Below are positions 44,165 through 53,965 of a DNA stretch of 64,000 nucleotides, piece by piece (the stretch's first letter is position 1; every line of letters starts with the position of its first letter). The position numbers were made by a program, and so were the translations under genes. The notes beneath the pieces are model-generated. The model was given only the letters and a program-made list of their open reading frames with translations, was not told the origin of the DNA and searched no databases. This stretch comes from an uncultured Acidobacteriaceae bacterium (GTDB lineage Bacteria > Acidobacteriota > Terriglobia > Bryobacterales > Bryobacteraceae). The stretch lies in the NCBI GenBank assembly GCA_963762495.1, contig CAVXKZ010000008.1:121204-185203 (forward strand), read 5' to 3'.

Positions 44165-44294
44165 GATGACCTCTCTTTGTTGTCCTTCTGCCTACACATC
44201 GAACCAGGATTGGCGAAATCGACAGCTCGATGCAAAAAAATAGGGTCGTCTCCTGCGCTTGCGGAGGTCACTTCGGGGATGATCCACGCCTCTA

Positions 44295-44552
44295 ATGAAT
44301 GTGCACTTCCGCTGGTCTACAACCTTTATCCTTGCAGGTTCACTCGCGTTGAGTTCGTGCGGTTCCCACGAGCCGCAAGAAGAGCGCCACAGAGATGCAA
44401 ACACGCCTGCTGGGAAGGTCGGGCAAGCCGCGCACAAGGTCGCGGTCGAGGCGGACAAGGCCACTCATGTAATCAGTCGCAAGCTGGATAAAGCCGCGCA
44501 TGATGCTCACGAGGGTTGGAAAGAAGCAGCCCGCAAAAATACAGACCACTAG
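44295..44552 (+). CDS. Small putative lipoprotein
   Basis: 85 aa. Signal peptide ending in lipobox LSSC, then a charged helical tail. Confidence 0.45.
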   Translation: MNVHFRWSTTFILAGSLALSSCGSHEPQEERHRDANTPAGKVGQAAHKVAVEADKATHVISRKLDKAAHDAHEGWKEAARKNTDH

Positions 44553-44698
44553 AACAACTCTCGAACATTTCCTTTCCACGGCCACGGCGCCCTTCCATCC
44601 CATACACAACTTTGAAACTGAGCCGGACTCGTGCCTTCTAGCCCTTGAACCCTCCATGCTGGTTTAATAGGTAGTCGGGAGTATAGAAAAGTAAACGC

Positions 44699-46369
44699 TT
44701 GCTTCAGGAAACGGATACTTCTCATCCGAACACGCCCGCCGCGGCCTCTGCTTTATCGACGAAGACGAAAGTTGTGGTCGCCACGACAGTCATGCTGTCG
44801 TTTATCTCGTTCTGGCGTGCTTCGGCGATTGTTCTCAGTGATCTCGCGTCCTCGGCCTACTACGTAGGCGGCATCGCTGAAACCGCCATCGGCAAATCTG
44901 GGCCCTGGTTCATCCTGGCCATAATGCTGTTCGGCTTTGCCATCCGCGCAATTTACGTCGAAAGCTCCAGCATGTTCGTGCGCGGCGGCGTATATAAGGT
45001 CGTGCACGAAGCCATGGGCGCTACCCTTGCCAAGTTCTCGGTCTCGGCGCTCATGTTCGATTACGTCCTCACCGGGCCCATCAGCGTCGTCAGTGCCGGG
45101 CTGTATCTCGCTGGCCTCGTCAATGAAATCGCCCAGTACGCCCAGTCCCCCTTGCACGTCTCCCCTCCCTTCCTTGCGGGTGCTTTCGCTCTCGTGGCTA
45201 CCGTCTATTTCTGGCGCCAGAACATCATCGGCATTCACGAATCCAGCGATAAGGCTCTGCGGATCATGCAGATCACCACTGTAATGGTGGTGATGTTGAT
45301 CGTCTGGTGCGGCATCACCATGGCGACTAAAGGTTTCCAGACCGTTCCTTTGCCCACCAAGGCGAACCTACAATACGGACCTGGCGCGCTCGGTTGGCTG
45401 CAAGGTACTCTCGCGCCCTCCATCACCGCCCTCGCGGTCCTCATTGGCCTGGGTCATTCATTGCTCGCCATGAGCGGCTTCGAAACACTCGCTCAGGTCT
45501 ATCGCGAAATGGAAGCGCCGAAGCTCAAGAATCTGAAAAAGACCGGCATGGTCGTGATCGTCTATAGCCTGATCTTTACCGCCGGAGTCTCCTTCCTTTC
45601 CGTGATGCTGATCCCGGATTCGGAGCGGCCAAAGTATCTCGATAACTTGATCGGCGGCCTCTCCATGTTCCTGGTCGGACCTACCGCCCTAAAGCTCCTG
45701 TTCCACGGTTTCGTCGTGCTCGTCGGAGTTCTGATCTTGTCTGGTGCTGCCAACACTGCCATTATCGGCTCCAATGGCGTTCTGAACCGTGTCGCTGAAG
45801 ACGGCGTCCTTCCCGATTGGTTCCGCGCTCCCCACCGCAAATATGGGACCACCAGCCGCATCATCAATCTCATCGTCATTCTTCAAATCCTTACTATCGT
45901 GCTGAGCCGCGGCAACGTGGTTACCCTTGGCGAGGCATATGCCTTCGGCGTCATCTGGAGCTTCGCCATGAAGGCCCTCGCCGTTCTCGTTCTCCGCTAT
46001 AAACGCCCTGAGGCCCGCGAATGGAAGGTGCCCTTCAACTTCCGTATCGGCAACGCCGAGATTCCTTTCGGTCTCATTGCCATCACCGTCGCTCTCTTCA
46101 CCCTCGCCCTCGTGAACGTCGTCACCAAGAAGACTGCTACCATCTCCGGTTCCATCTTCACCGTCGGCTTCTTCATCGCTTTCTCGTTGTCCGAGCGTCA
46201 CAATCATCGAAAACGCGAGCAAACCGCGGCCGATCATGAAAAGTTCCGGCTTGAGGAACAGGCAGACGCTTCCATCCAAGGCGTAAAAGTGCGCCCGGGC
46301 AGCATCCTCGTCGAAGCGAATGACCCCTGCCATCTCGAACATCTCCAAGCCATACTGCAGCGACGTTAA
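44699..46369 (+). CDS. APC-superfamily amino acid/polyamine permease; its C-terminal Usp-like domain appears to continue in the next ORF after a +1 frame break
   Basis: 556 aa, about 12 TM segments. The cytoplasmic tail ends ...GSILVEANDPCHLEHLQAILQRR*, which looks like beta1-alpha1 of a universal-stress-protein fold. Confidence 0.85.
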   Translation: MLQETDTSHPNTPAAASALSTKTKVVVATTVMLSFISFWRASAIVLSDLASSAYYVGGIAETAIGKSGPWFILAIMLFGFAIRAIYVESSSMFVRGGVYKVVHEAMGATLAKFSVSALMFDYVLTGPISVVSAGLYLAGLVNEIAQYAQSPLHVSPPFLAGAFALVATVYFWRQNIIGIHESSDKALRIMQITTVMVVMLIVWCGITMATKGFQTVPLPTKANLQYGPGALGWLQGTLAPSITALAVLIGLGHSLLAMSGFETLAQVYREMEAPKLKNLKKTGMVVIVYSLIFTAGVSFLSVMLIPDSERPKYLDNLIGGLSMFLVGPTALKLLFHGFVVLVGVLILSGAANTAIIGSNGVLNRVAEDGVLPDWFRAPHRKYGTTSRIINLIVILQILTIVLSRGNVVTLGEAYAFGVIWSFAMKALAVLVLRYKRPEAREWKVPFNFRIGNAEIPFGLIAITVALFTLALVNVVTKKTATISGSIFTVGFFIAFSLSERHNHRKREQTAADHEKFRLEEQADASIQGVKVRPGSILVEANDPCHLEHLQAILQRR

Positions 46370-47030
46370 ACCCGAGAAGCAGGACGTCGTCGTCGTAGTC
46401 GTGCACCACATCGGGTTCTTGGGCTCGGGCGAATTTCGCTTGACTGCCGATCAGATCTGTGGCCGCCGCGAAATTGAGCTGTTCAGCAAAGTGGTCACTG
46501 TCGCCGAAAAGGCCGGCAAACACGTCGAGCTCCTCACCATGCCAGGCAAAGATGAAGCCTCCGCCCTCATCGGGGCCGCCTCCCAGCTCGGCTCGTCCCG
46601 CATCGTCACTCACCTCTCGCCCAACCTATCGATGGATGAGCACGCCCGTCTGGTAGGCCTCGCCTGGGAGCAGCTTCCTTCACCGCGCCCCGCCCTTGTG
46701 CTGGAGATTTTTCCTGAAAACGAGCCTCCCATCTTCTATTCGCTCGGTCCTCACCAGCCTCGCCTCTGGCCTAATGACATCGATCTCGTTCACAGGCTCT
46801 GGACGGAGCTCGCGGATCGCCCCGGCGTGGGCGGCCGGCTGCACCACCGCGATATCGTCGGTCTGGCAGTCCGCCGCCTCGACGAGCAGCTCCATTCCGG
46901 TCGATATGGCGAAGTAGTCGCGGATCTCGGGCGTGAGCTCAACCGGGAGCGGGGCCAACCGCCTCCGCCCACCACAGACAGTACGGAACCGGTTCCAGAC
47001 CAGCACGACGATGGAGCCGGTCTAGCCTGA
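46320..47030 (+). CDS. Usp-like domain protein, probably the frameshifted C-terminal part of the preceding permease
   Basis: 236-aa ORF overlapping the permease by 50 nt. ...DVKPEKQDVVVVVVHHIGF...EKAGKHVELLTMPGKDEASALIGAASQLGSSRIV is Usp-like and lacks its own first strand. Confidence 0.6.
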   Translation: MTPAISNISKPYCSDVKPEKQDVVVVVVHHIGFLGSGEFRLTADQICGRREIELFSKVVTVAEKAGKHVELLTMPGKDEASALIGAASQLGSSRIVTHLSPNLSMDEHARLVGLAWEQLPSPRPALVLEIFPENEPPIFYSLGPHQPRLWPNDIDLVHRLWTELADRPGVGGRLHHRDIVGLAVRRLDEQLHSGRYGEVVADLGRELNRERGQPPPPTTDSTEPVPDQHDDGAGLA

Positions 47031-47741
47031 CCACTGGATACGCCCGATTCGAACATCGACATTCCGCGAGTAATGAACCACAGGCTCCCCCTCCGGCCGC
47101 GGTACGCTCGAGTGTTCAATCAGGTCCTGCTCCAACTTCACAAGCCGCGCTCGCTGCAGCGGCCAGGGCGCGTGCTCGATGTCTGCAAACCCCAGCCGCT
47201 TCCCAGCCACCGTATAAAGCCGGAACCGCGCCGTCAGGAAATTGTCGAGATCCTGTGGTTGCATCGGTCCGCCCGGCTCAATCGCGATATTCGTGTGTCC
47301 CTGTCCGAACAATCGATATCTGTCGCTGCGGTATTCGATAAGCCTGTCACTCGGCCTCACGCTCATCCGCGCCCATCGGTACGGCAATCGAAAGCTCGCG
47401 CGTGCACCCACCACACCAGCTAGGCGAGCGCATTCCAAGGTGAAGAACCATACTCCAGGTTCGCCATTTGGTCCGCGCACATACGTCCTGACGTTTGTTT
47501 CAGGGAATCGCGACAGCCACGGTACAGCCGGCGCAAGCGGCGCCCGCAGCTTTGTCAGGAGGAAAGGCGTCAGACCGACCCACGCCACTCCATCGAACGT
47601 ATCGAGCGTCAACGTACCCGGCAGCAGTCTCCGAATCACTTCCGCCTCGTAACGCCAATGCAAGAACGTCAGCCATTCCCAACTCTGGAACATCACTGGG
47701 CTCTTTACTGGCCTCGGCGCAAACGGACTAATCGTTGTCAC
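47022..47741 (-). CDS. DUF2071-family protein
   Basis: 239 aa. ...FQSWEWLTFLHWRY...VAWVGLTPFLL...ETNVRTYV pattern. Confidence 0.75.
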   Translation of the reverse strand: MTTISPFAPRPVKSPVMFQSWEWLTFLHWRYEAEVIRRLLPGTLTLDTFDGVAWVGLTPFLLTKLRAPLAPAVPWLSRFPETNVRTYVRGPNGEPGVWFFTLECARLAGVVGARASFRLPYRWARMSVRPSDRLIEYRSDRYRLFGQGHTNIAIEPGGPMQPQDLDNFLTARFRLYTVAGKRLGFADIEHAPWPLQRARLVKLEQDLIEHSSVPRPEGEPVVHYSRNVDVRIGRIQWSG

Positions 47742-47770
47742 GCTAGGTCCAGATCGTACCGTAGAGTCAT

Positions 47771-48298
47771 ATGCAGATCATCTCCTCGCGCGAAGTCCTC
47801 AAAAATAAACTCTTTACTATCGTCGACGAAGTGGCGCATGATCCTGATGGTTTCGAGATCCATCGCTCTATCGTGCGCCATCCCGGTTCCGCCGTCATGA
47901 TGGCCGTCGATCATAACAGCCGCATTCTCCTTGTTAAGCAGTTCCGGCTGCCCGCCGAGCAGTATCTTTGGGAGCTGCCCGCCGGCCGCCTCGATCCGGG
48001 CGAGTCCCCTCTCGAAGCCGCCAAACGCGAGTTACGCGAAGAGACCGGTTATGAGGCCAAAGCCTGGAGCAACTTAGCCGAATTCTGGGCCAGCCCCGGT
48101 TACGTCGCCGAGAAAATGAATATATTCTTGGCGCAAGAACTGACGGAAGGCAAGCAGGAGCCGATGGAAGACGAGCGTATCGAGATCCGCTGGTTCTCTC
48201 GGCACGAAATGGGAGAAATGATCCGTGCAGGGAAGATCATCGATGCCAAAACGATGATCGGATACTTCATGTATATCGACGCATCTACTCGCTCGTAA
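47771..48298 (+). CDS. NUDIX hydrolase (ADP-ribose pyrophosphatase-like)
   Basis: 175 aa. Nudix box GRLDPGESPLEAAKRELREETGY. Confidence 0.9.
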   Translation: MQIISSREVLKNKLFTIVDEVAHDPDGFEIHRSIVRHPGSAVMMAVDHNSRILLVKQFRLPAEQYLWELPAGRLDPGESPLEAAKRELREETGYEAKAWSNLAEFWASPGYVAEKMNIFLAQELTEGKQEPMEDERIEIRWFSRHEMGEMIRAGKIIDAKTMIGYFMYIDASTRS

Positions 48299-49274
48299 GA
48301 GGCCGCTCCATCAAATCGCGAATCGCCTGACGCGGATCCTTCCCGTGGTAGAGTACTTCGTTCATCTGGCTGATAATCGGAAGGTCGATTCCTCGCTCGA
48401 TTCCGAGTTCGTGCGCGCCGCGGCATGTGGAAACGCCTTCCGCAATCATCGTCATCCCTGCCAGGATCTCGCCCAGCTTGCGGCCTTGCCCGAGTTGCAC
48501 GCCGACATATCGGTTGCGGGAAAGATCGCCCGTCGCCGTCAGCACCAGATCGCCCAATCCGGCAAGTCCGCTTAAGGTTCGCGGTTCGCCGCCCATCGCC
48601 ACCGAGAGTCGTCTGATTTCGGCCAGCCCGCGGGTAATCAGCGCAGCGACGCTGTTACTGCCCAAGCCCAGTCCGCGGCAGATGCCGGCGCCAATTGCGA
48701 TTACATTCTTCAGCGCCGCGCCTAATTCCACCCCAACCACATCTCCGCTGGCGTACAGCCGGAGCGTCGATGTCGCGAATGCATGCTGAATTTGCTCTGC
48801 AATTGTGATGTCTTGCGAGGCAATCACTACCGCGGCCGGTTCGCCTGCTGCTACTTCTTTTGCGAAAGTGGGGCCCGACAGGACGGCAATATGCGAATTT
48901 CCAAGTGTCTCCGCCAGAATCTGCGACATGCGCTTGAGCGTTCCTTGTTCCACGCCTTTCGTGGCGCTTACGATCGTCCCTTTTGCCGGCACATACGGTT
49001 TCGCTCTCTCGGATACGTTCCGCAGATGGGAAGATGGAACCGCGCAGAGAACAATTCCGGCATCGGCGAGAGTGGTTCCCAAATCCGCCGATACCGTGCA
49101 ATGGTCCGGCAAGCGGAAACCAGGCAGGTACGGCCGGTTCTCGCGCAGTTCGCGGATATCTTCTGCGCGATCCGTCGCTCGTGCCCATAAGCGGATCTCT
49201 TCGAAACGCGGTGCCAAAGCAATTGCGAGTGCGGTGCCCCAGCTTCCCGCGCCCAATACCGCGAGCGGCCTCAA
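48285..49274 (-). CDS. gpsA: NAD(P)H-dependent glycerol-3-phosphate dehydrogenase
   Basis: TTG start at 49274 overlaps the plsY stop (TTGA) and gives MRPLAVLGAGSWGTALAIALA... The six-frame ORF extends spuriously to 49673. Confidence 0.9.
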   Translation of the reverse strand: MRPLAVLGAGSWGTALAIALAPRFEEIRLWARATDRAEDIRELRENRPYLPGFRLPDHCTVSADLGTTLADAGIVLCAVPSSHLRNVSERAKPYVPAKGTIVSATKGVEQGTLKRMSQILAETLGNSHIAVLSGPTFAKEVAAGEPAAVVIASQDITIAEQIQHAFATSTLRLYASGDVVGVELGAALKNVIAIGAGICRGLGLGSNSVAALITRGLAEIRRLSVAMGGEPRTLSGLAGLGDLVLTATGDLSRNRYVGVQLGQGRKLGEILAGMTMIAEGVSTCRGAHELGIERGIDLPIISQMNEVLYHGKDPRQAIRDLMERPLTSE

Positions 49275-49873
49275 AAAACATTCTCCGTCCCGGATCGCAG
49301 TCGGGCGATATTTGCTCGATGCCGATAGATGATCAGTAACGCCGCAAATGCGGAAACTGCCAATAACGGATCTGGCGGACGGTAGATCAGCCAATACACG
49401 AAAGGAAATACGAACGCTCCGAGAATCGATCCCAATGAAACGTATTTGCTCAGAAACACCACCAGCGCGAATAAGGCGGCGATGGCCAGTAGCGCCAGCG
49501 GTGCGGCATAGGCGAAGGCGCCAATGAAACACGCTACTGCCTTCCCGCCTTTGAATCGCAAAAAAATGGGGTAGCAATGTCCCAGCATGACTGCCCCTAT
49601 TGCGAGCGCTATCACAACCGTGTTCCCGTGCGTCGCCATCGCTGCAATCCAGACGGCAACGAAACCTTTGCAAATGTCGAGCAGAAGAACGATCAGTCCC
49701 GCTTTGTTCCCCATTGTGCGATGAACGTTCGTGGCGCCAATGTTGCCGCTGCCCAGGTTACGGATATCCTGGCCCGACGTCATGCGCACAAACCAGTAAC
49801 CGAACGGCAATCCTCCTATGAGGTACGCCAGCAGCGTTGGAACCGCAAGCGAAAGGAACTCGGCCGATCTCAC
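49271..49873 (-). CDS. plsY: Glycerol-3-phosphate acyltransferase PlsY
   Basis: 200 aa. ...YLIGGLPFGYWFVRMTSGQDIRNLGSGNIGATNVHR. Confidence 0.9.
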   Translation of the reverse strand: MRSAEFLSLAVPTLLAYLIGGLPFGYWFVRMTSGQDIRNLGSGNIGATNVHRTMGNKAGLIVLLLDICKGFVAVWIAAMATHGNTVVIALAIGAVMLGHCYPIFLRFKGGKAVACFIGAFAYAAPLALLAIAALFALVVFLSKYVSLGSILGAFVFPFVYWLIYRPPDPLLAVSAFAALLIIYRHRANIARLRSGTENVF

Positions 49874-49882
49874 GATGCCATC

Positions 49883-50449
49883 TTATGAGGCAGCCATCGC
49901 CGATTCCAATCGGTAGTCGCGTAGCTTATGGTAAATACTCGCGTTCGATCCCGGCTCGCTCCGGTAGAGCGAAAAGTACGATACCGGAAACGCGCCCAGC
50001 GTCGCCGTTTGCATTTCTCGAACTCGCTGCCTCAAGTGCCCCATCGGGACTGGATGTTTGATTCGCGCCAGCGTCAGATGCGGAGAAAAGGGCCGCTCTT
50101 CTCGCGCGATCCCGAGCTGTGCCAGCCGTTCGTCCGTCCGTTGCGCCAGTTCCAGCAGCGCCGAACCGCCGTGTACGCCCGCCCACAAGACCCGAGGAGA
50201 GCGCTCGTTTGGGAACCAACCTAAATCTTTCAGCTCTACCGGGAATGGATCGCGCGGCGCAACGCTTACCAGTGCGCTATGCAGTTCGTCTATTCGCTGT
50301 TCCGGCCATTCGCCAATAAACTTTGTCGTGATATGCAAGTTATCGAGTGGGCTCCACTTGATCAGCGCCTCCGGGCGGAGCGCGGTCAGCAGGCGTTCCA
50401 GTCGGAGCAACACGTCCGCCGGTAGATCGATTGCTGTGAAGAGTCGCAT
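49883..50449 (-). CDS. thpR: RNA 2',3'-cyclic phosphodiesterase (2H family, ThpR/LigT)
   Basis: 188 aa. MRLFTAIDLP start and two HxT motifs (HITTKF, HLTLAR). Confidence 0.85.
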   Translation of the reverse strand: MRLFTAIDLPADVLLRLERLLTALRPEALIKWSPLDNLHITTKFIGEWPEQRIDELHSALVSVAPRDPFPVELKDLGWFPNERSPRVLWAGVHGGSALLELAQRTDERLAQLGIAREERPFSPHLTLARIKHPVPMGHLRQRVREMQTATLGAFPVSYFSLYRSEPGSNASIYHKLRDYRLESAMAAS

Positions 50450-50525
50450 GAAGAAAACCGTGCTAATGTTCTAGCTTATTTCGTCTGACAATAACAAATC
50501 TCTGTCGGCTCTCCTGCGTGCGACC

Positions 50526-51134
50526 GTGCCGCTGTCGCTCGCCTTTTTCGCGCGTCCGGCCGTCGAATTAGCCAAGGAGCTTCTGGGCTGCGTGATCGTG
50601 CATCGCGAAACCGCCGGCATGATCGTTGAAACCGAAGCCTACCTCGGCTTGAACGATCTGGCCGCTCACGCCTCGCGCGGCAAAACGGAGCGGACCAAAG
50701 TCCTCTTTGGCCCACCCGGCCGCGCCTATGTTTACTTCATCTACGGCATGCATGAATGTCTCAACGTCGTGGCCGACCGCGAAGGCGAACCCGGATGCGT
50801 CCTGATCCGCGCCCTGGAACCGCTCTCAGGTATCGAGAGCATGTACGAACGCCGCCATTGGCACGGACCGGTTAAAGGTCTGGCCAACGGCCCAGGCAAG
50901 CTGACGCAAGCCCTCGCCATTACTCGCGAGCAGTACGGTCAACGCCTCGATAAGGGCGACTTCACTATTCGCGCTTGGAAGAACAAACCGACATTTTCGA
51001 TTGCCATCACGCCGCGAATCGGCATCACTCAATGCGCCGATTGGCCGCTCCGTTTCACTTGGGCCGGTCACCCCTGTTTGAGCGTGGGCAGCCGCAGGGC
51101 TTCGGTCAGCGCTGGGGGTTCTTCGGCAGGCTGA
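50526..51134 (+). CDS. mpg: DNA-3-methyladenine glycosylase (Mpg/AAG family)
   Basis: 202 aa, GTG start. ...IVETEAYLGLNDLAAHASRGKTERTKVLFGPPGRAYVYFIYGMHECLNVV. Confidence 0.85.
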   Translation: MPLSLAFFARPAVELAKELLGCVIVHRETAGMIVETEAYLGLNDLAAHASRGKTERTKVLFGPPGRAYVYFIYGMHECLNVVADREGEPGCVLIRALEPLSGIESMYERRHWHGPVKGLANGPGKLTQALAITREQYGQRLDKGDFTIRAWKNKPTFSIAITPRIGITQCADWPLRFTWAGHPCLSVGSRRASVSAGGSSAG

Positions 51135-53820
51135 TCATGTTCGCGAACAGCCGGTACGCACCGGGCACGCCCTCGGGAAGCTCGCGATAGAACGCCCATG
51201 CGTTGTAAATGTAGATGCCTTTCCCGTACTTCGCATAGAGCAGTCCGCCTTCCTGCGGGGCTTGGTCCTGATCGTGCGCTTCCAGCAGTGCCTGATAATG
51301 CGAGTCCCAGGACTTCATCCATTTCGAGCCCCGCTCTTCTACCCAGCCGGTGAAATCGGCTTCCGAGATCCTGTTGGGCCAATTGAAGATTGGATTCGAA
51401 GGTTCAAGAATCCGCACCTTCGACTCTTCGTCTGTCACCTCTTCTGGATCCGAGGTCATCGAATACGGATACGGCCCGTAGTTCCGATCGAATTCCGGTG
51501 CGTTGTATTGCACGATCACCACGCCGCCATTTTTGACGTAGTCGAGAAGCCGGGCATTGTAAGTTCGCAAATCTTCCCTGACCGCGTAGGTGCGAACACC
51601 CAGCAGAATGACGTCGTACTGCGCTAGGTCTCCAGTCGCAATGTCCGCCGGACCGAGGAACGTCACGTGTATCCCGAGATGTTCAAGCGAGGACGGCACG
51701 TCGTCGCCGCTGCCCATCACGTATGCAACTCTTAGATCCGGCGCGACCTTAACATCTACGCCGGTCAACTTGTACGTCGCCGGCCTGTAAAGGAAGTACG
51801 GAGTCAAGGTCGGATAACCCGTCGTGATGTATCCTTCCGTGTACTGATGGCCGTCATAATCGCCCTGCGCGGTGATTTTGTAGGGTTTCTCGCTCAAGTT
51901 CTCGGGCGTGATCTGGAAAGTCGCCGATTGGTCCTGGCCATCGGCGGAGGTTGCAAAGTTAGCTGTCTCAGGTTCAGCTTTCCAGCCATTTGGTAAATCG
52001 AGCTTGACGGTGCCTTTTGCGGGCCCCTTCACATTGCTGTGAACTACTGCCGTCACGGGGAATGTCTGTTCCGTCAGCGGCACAATGCCCGCTTGCGGCG
52101 TAATGGCGACGCTGATCGCCGGACCCGCCACTAGCGGAAGGTAAACGCTTCCTTCGCCCGAAACGCGCTGGATAGTTTGCACATACTGCCCGATTTTAAT
52201 CGGTGCGCCTTCATAGGAGAAGTCCGCCCAGGCCGCCAGTGGGTAAGGCGTCAGCGGCCAATTTAGAAATCGCTCATCGCGAATGTCGTAATAAGACTGC
52301 TCGATATCGGGTCGCGAAAAGTACGGACGCGTGAACGCCGCATTCGCGGGAACTGTCACGGAGAATTTCACCTCTACCGGCTTATCGTCCGTGAGAGTAT
52401 TCGGCTTCTCCGCCGCGTTCGAGGTTACCGGCCAGCTCTCTTTCTGCATGTACGATGCGACGCTGGTTTTCTCCAGTCCCACCTGAGCCGCGCTCTGGTT
52501 GACGACGTGTACTTTCACTTCGAACTTCTGGCCCGGTATTGCCATCCGGAAGGTTTCCGCATCTCCCATAAACATCTCCATGAGCGGATTCTGCGGGATG
52601 GCGGGCGCAACCGTCGCACTCAGCGATAAACCCAGTGCTTCGGCCAGCGCATTGTTGAACTGAACGCGCTTGATCCCCAGCTCGTGCCGCAGGTTGTACT
52701 TGGAGTCTTCCGAGAGATTGCTCTTTTCCAATTGCTCCAACAGCGCGATCGTTTCTTTTAAGCCATTCGCCAAATCGGGAGCAGTCTTTTCCGGATGAGG
52801 AGCGCTGAAATCTTTTGTGGCCTCCTCTACTGATGCGTTGATCTTTTCCAGAGCTGGCTTCAGGAACCCTGCCTCGCCACCCTGCGCGAGCGACGTAATC
52901 CCCATCAGCGATGTGTCGATCCCGTCAAAGAAGCTCGATTCTTTCTCCGGTACCTCAACGTTTGATCCAAAGCGGTGATAGGGGCTGAGAACCTCGCCCG
53001 CTTTCGGTATGGATCCGCCGCCGTTCTGAGATTTCTGAAATCCGAGTCCTTCGCGCGAAATCTGCACATACGACATCCCGAGCACGGGGTCGTAATCTCC
53101 CTCCGGGATCTCGACATTGGTGGAGAGCTTCGGCTCATCTCCCCGCATCCTGAATGGTACGAGCGCATAGTCTTTCAGCGGAGTCCATGCTTTCAGCCCG
53201 GCCCTGATCTGATCGGGAAAGATATTCGGATCTCCCGCGGCTTTAAAGACCTCCTGCGCCATGGCTCCCGCCGTCTGATGATTGCCGTGGCCGTCACTCG
53301 GGCCGCCGACGAACACTGAGGTGATTACCAACGGCCGGTCCATCCGTACAACGCGAACGACATCATAGAGAACACGATCATGTGTCCACTTGCTGATCGA
53401 TTCCGTCTTTGTCTTGGAGAAACCATAATCCACTACTCGGGTCCAGTACTGCTTCACTCCGTAGTATTCGCCCGCTTTTAGCAACTCCATGGTGCGGACG
53501 AGTCCTAAAGCATCGAAGTAATCGGGCGACATCACGTTTGCGCCCCCCTCGCCGCGATTCAGCGTTAGAAGCGCCACGCGCGCGCCCTGACCCCGCGATT
53601 CGTAGGTCAAGAGGCCACCATCCTCGTCATCTGGATGCGCGGTGATCATCATGAGGCTGGCGCGTGTATGCAGCTTTTTCAGGCTCTGCCATAGAGCGGC
53701 GGAGCCGCGATTGATCGAAATCTCCTGCGCTCGGGGCGTGGGCTCAATGGAGGTGGAATACGGAAGTTGCGCAAACGCACAAGTAGTGCTTGCAGCCATT
53801 ACGATAAGCCAGTGCTTCAT
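51106..53820 (-). CDS. Secreted PIG-L/LmbE-family deacetylase-domain protein with a large C-terminal extension
   Basis: 904 aa with signal peptide. ...ITAHPDDEDGGLLTY...LTLNRGEGGAN PIG-L motif. The C-terminal part has a flavodoxin/GATase1-like pattern (RVAYVMGSGDDVP...YDVILLGVRTY...GGVVIVQYN). Confidence 0.85.
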   Translation of the reverse strand: MKHWLIVMAASTTCAFAQLPYSTSIEPTPRAQEISINRGSAALWQSLKKLHTRASLMMITAHPDDEDGGLLTYESRGQGARVALLTLNRGEGGANVMSPDYFDALGLVRTMELLKAGEYYGVKQYWTRVVDYGFSKTKTESISKWTHDRVLYDVVRVVRMDRPLVITSVFVGGPSDGHGNHQTAGAMAQEVFKAAGDPNIFPDQIRAGLKAWTPLKDYALVPFRMRGDEPKLSTNVEIPEGDYDPVLGMSYVQISREGLGFQKSQNGGGSIPKAGEVLSPYHRFGSNVEVPEKESSFFDGIDTSLMGITSLAQGGEAGFLKPALEKINASVEEATKDFSAPHPEKTAPDLANGLKETIALLEQLEKSNLSEDSKYNLRHELGIKRVQFNNALAEALGLSLSATVAPAIPQNPLMEMFMGDAETFRMAIPGQKFEVKVHVVNQSAAQVGLEKTSVASYMQKESWPVTSNAAEKPNTLTDDKPVEVKFSVTVPANAAFTRPYFSRPDIEQSYYDIRDERFLNWPLTPYPLAAWADFSYEGAPIKIGQYVQTIQRVSGEGSVYLPLVAGPAISVAITPQAGIVPLTEQTFPVTAVVHSNVKGPAKGTVKLDLPNGWKAEPETANFATSADGQDQSATFQITPENLSEKPYKITAQGDYDGHQYTEGYITTGYPTLTPYFLYRPATYKLTGVDVKVAPDLRVAYVMGSGDDVPSSLEHLGIHVTFLGPADIATGDLAQYDVILLGVRTYAVREDLRTYNARLLDYVKNGGVVIVQYNAPEFDRNYGPYPYSMTSDPEEVTDEESKVRILEPSNPIFNWPNRISEADFTGWVEERGSKWMKSWDSHYQALLEAHDQDQAPQEGGLLYAKYGKGIYIYNAWAFYRELPEGVPGAYRLFANMISLPKNPQR

Positions 53821-53965
53821 AAGAATTGTTTAGAAATAAAGCTTCAATGCTAACTGAATCTCTCTCGGGTCGTCGACGGTGCCGAACATTTGCCAAACGA
53901 TCCCAGCGAAAACACCTGGTTGAGCCTTCGCCCGATTCGGATTCTTCTCTCGCGCCGCAAAATGA

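Noticed and set aside
45689-46411. 240-aa minus-strand ORF.
   Set aside because: It is antisense to the APC permease and has Asp/Glu/Gly-rich low complexity.
49275-49673. Upstream 133 codons of the 462-aa ORF containing gpsA.
   Set aside because: It is an alternative frame over plsY. The GpsA Rossmann motif (AVLGAGSWGTALA) starts right after the TTG at 49274, which is coupled to the plsY stop.
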